From: an uncultured delta proteobacterium
GTDB lineage: Bacteria > Myxococcota > Myxococcia > SLRQ01
Length of the DNA stretch: 64,000 nucleotides
Assembly: GCA_963727485.1 (NCBI GenBank)
Contig: CAVSGM010000002.1
Coordinates: 928,001-992,000, forward strand
Direction of reading: 5' to 3'
Shown: positions 62,259-64,000 of the stretch, in pieces
How the letters are laid out: every line of letters starts with the position of its first letter
How positions within the stretch are numbered: position 1 is the first letter of the stretch
Translations under genes and position numbers: made by a program
The notes under the pieces: generated by a model
The model's input: only the letters and a program-made list of their open reading frames with translations
Databases searched by the model: none
Told to the model about the DNA's origin: nothing

Positions 62259-64000
62259 TCAGTTGCCCGCGGCCCCCGCCGGCTGGATCTCGGTGATCTG
62301 CCCCTGGTCCACCGTGAGGAAGAACAGCGGCTTGTGGGCCTCGCCGTCGGCGTCGAAGGAGGTGTCGCCGGTGGCCCCGGGGAAGTCCTTCACCGCCAGC
62401 AGCGCGGTGCGGAAGTCGGTGCGATCCGCCGGGTGGGCGTGCTCGATCACCGACCGGACGATGCCCGCGGTGTCGAAGCCGATGGCCTCGAGGTAGCCGG
62501 GGGTCTGATCCTTCCCGTGGAGGTTCTGGTACTGGGCCACGAAGTCCTGGGTCGCCTTGCGGGTGGAGGCGGGGAAGAAGCCGTCGACGAAGACCGAGCA
62601 GTCCACGTACTTGCCCGCCCGCTGCACCAGCTCCGGGTTGTTCCAGACGTTGGAGCCCAGGAGCCGCACGGTGTGGAGCTTCTTGTCCCCGGTGGTCTTC
62701 TTGATCCGCGCGAGGTCCCGGGTGTCGCAGACGTTGGTGATCACGTCGTCCACCGCCAGCGCCGGGGCGATGAGGCTCACCGTCTTGTAGGAGTCGGGGA
62801 TGAAGAGCACGTCGAAGTCGGTGGTCGGCTCCAGGGCGTTCTTCGCCTTCTCCAGGGCCTTGCGCTGCCGGTAGGGGTCGGAGATCCCGGCCTTGATGTG
62901 GTCGATCTCCTGCTGGTACTCGGGCCGGTACTTCAGGTAGTAGCGCCCCACCAGCTTGTCGATGTCATGGCCGAAGGTGGTCTCGTCGTGGTCGTACTCC
63001 TCGGCGGCGCGGACCTCGAGGTGGCGCTTCTCCACGTCGGTCCAGAAGTCGTCCATCATCGCCTGGCCGTAGGGATGGTTGGGGTAGAGGATCCCGAAGG
63101 TCTTGGCCCCCAGCTTGTTCACCGCGTAGTCCACCAGGGCCTGGGCCTGGGCGGAGTTGGTGAGGGCGTTGCGGAAGATCCAGCTCCCCAGCTCGGGGAG
63201 GCCCTCGGCGCTGGAGAGGCTGACCATGGGCACCGCCAGCTCCTCGGCCTTGGCGGCGGCGGCGGTGGCGGTGTTGGACAGAAGCGGCCCGATGATCGCC
63301 ACCACGTGCTGGCCGAGGACCAGGTCCTCCACGTCCTTGGCCGCGGTCTGGGGATCGCCCTTGCTGTCGCGGATCACCAGGGTGACGTCGGCGCCGGTCC
63401 CCGCCTCGGTGTTCAGCGCCATCCCCACCCCGCGCATCACCGCCTCGCCGAAGACCTTGTAGTCGCCGCTCATGGGGAGGATGAGGCCGACGACCTTGGG
63501 CTCCACCTGGGCCAGGCGCGTCAGCCGCCCCAGGAGGGTCTTGGCCTCGGCGGCGTAGGCCCCGTCGGGCCACTGCTTCAGGTACTGGCGGACCGCGTCG
63601 GCGGCCCGGGCGTAGTCCCCGAGGTGGTAGTGGATCTTGGCGAGCTTGAGGACCACCAGGGGGTAGGCCGGGGAGCCCTTGGGGAGGTCCTGCTCCAGCT
63701 GGGCGAGGCCCAGGGCCGGGACCTTGCCGTCGACCAGCGCCAACAGCTGCTCCCGGGCCGCCGCCTGCTTCTCGGGGGTGTCGGCGAGCTGCTGCACCTC
63801 GCCGATCCACCGCACCGCCTGGGTCCAGTCCTCCAGGCCCACCGCGGCGTCGGAGAGGGCGCTGGCGGCCTGGGCCCGGTCCGCCCCCTCGAGGCTCGCG
63901 TAGGCGGGGCGGAGGATCTGGAGGGCGTCGTTGTAGTCGCCGAGCTTGAGGTGGGCGAGGCCGAGGGCGAGGCGCGCCCGGGGCACCAGCGGCGAGAGGG
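62259..64000 (-). CDS. TPR plus periplasmic-binding-protein-fold protein (LpoA/LppC-like PBP activator), 5' partial
   Basis: TPR-like helices, then VGLILPMSG, IIGPL, ILYPNHPYG and FPGATG; the frame stays open at the window edge. Confidence 0.8.
   Translation of the reverse strand, partial: LSPLVPRARLALGLAHLKLGDYNDALQILRPAYASLEGADRAQAASALSDAAVGLEDWTQAVRWIGEVQQLADTPEKQAAAREQLLALVDGKVPALGLAQLEQDLPKGSPAYPLVVLKLAKIHYHLGDYARAADAVRQYLKQWPDGAYAAEAKTLLGRLTRLAQVEPKVVGLILPMSGDYKVFGEAVMRGVGMALNTEAGTGADVTLVIRDSKGDPQTAAKDVEDLVLGQHVVAIIGPLLSNTATAAAAKAEELAVPMVSLSSAEGLPELGSWIFRNALTNSAQAQALVDYAVNKLGAKTFGILYPNHPYGQAMMDDFWTDVEKRHLEVRAAEEYDHDETTFGHDIDKLVGRYYLKYRPEYQQEIDHIKAGISDPYRQRKALEKAKNALEPTTDFDVLFIPDSYKTVSLIAPALAVDDVITNVCDTRDLARIKKTTGDKKLHTVRLLGSNVWNNPELVQRAGKYVDCSVFVDGFFPASTRKATQDFVAQYQNLHGKDQTPGYLEAIGFDTAGIVRSVIEHAHPADRTDFRTALLAVKDFPGATGDTSFDADGEAHKPLFFLTVDQGQITEIQPAGAAGN

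Overview
This is a very GC-rich bacterial chromosomal segment, most likely from Myxococcota: it has a MYXO-CTERM-type tail, Cys-rich lipoproteins, a Dif-like chemosensory cluster and an MglA/SofG-like GTPase. It is almost fully coding, with about 62 genes. From left to right: kdsA-kdsC; an accessory block (aldo-keto reductase, M4 protease, LpxL-like acyltransferase, NiCoT nickel permease, sigma54-driven EEP enzyme); lptCAB-rpoN-hpf-ptsN-hprK-rapZ, a mannose-family PTS (IIA-D), ptsH, ptsI and metK; an orphan adenine methyltransferase; manC and algC; aconitase, gluQ, nagZ, rimO and yajQ; a multidomain peptidoglycan hydrolase; and a stand-alone MshEN protein. A 17.4-kb run of 16 minus-strand genes follows (CheY, MshEN-repeat-CheX fusion, DinG, small GTPase, PocR kinase and regulator, thiL, Dif-like che genes, larB-larC, and an apparently split kinase pair), then several accessory genes. 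About 12 single-base frameshifts, some in normally essential genes, look like long-read errors; four of them are the same GATC->GATTC change. I could not support any rRNA, tRNA, CRISPR array or transposase. The best leads are the MshEN-CheX fusion, larBC coupled to signalling genes, the GATC error signature together with a phased GATC cluster in a divergent promoter, and an unexplained 10-bp repeat array between convergent genes at about 57.5 kb. All family assignments come from motif recognition by eye; no database search was run.
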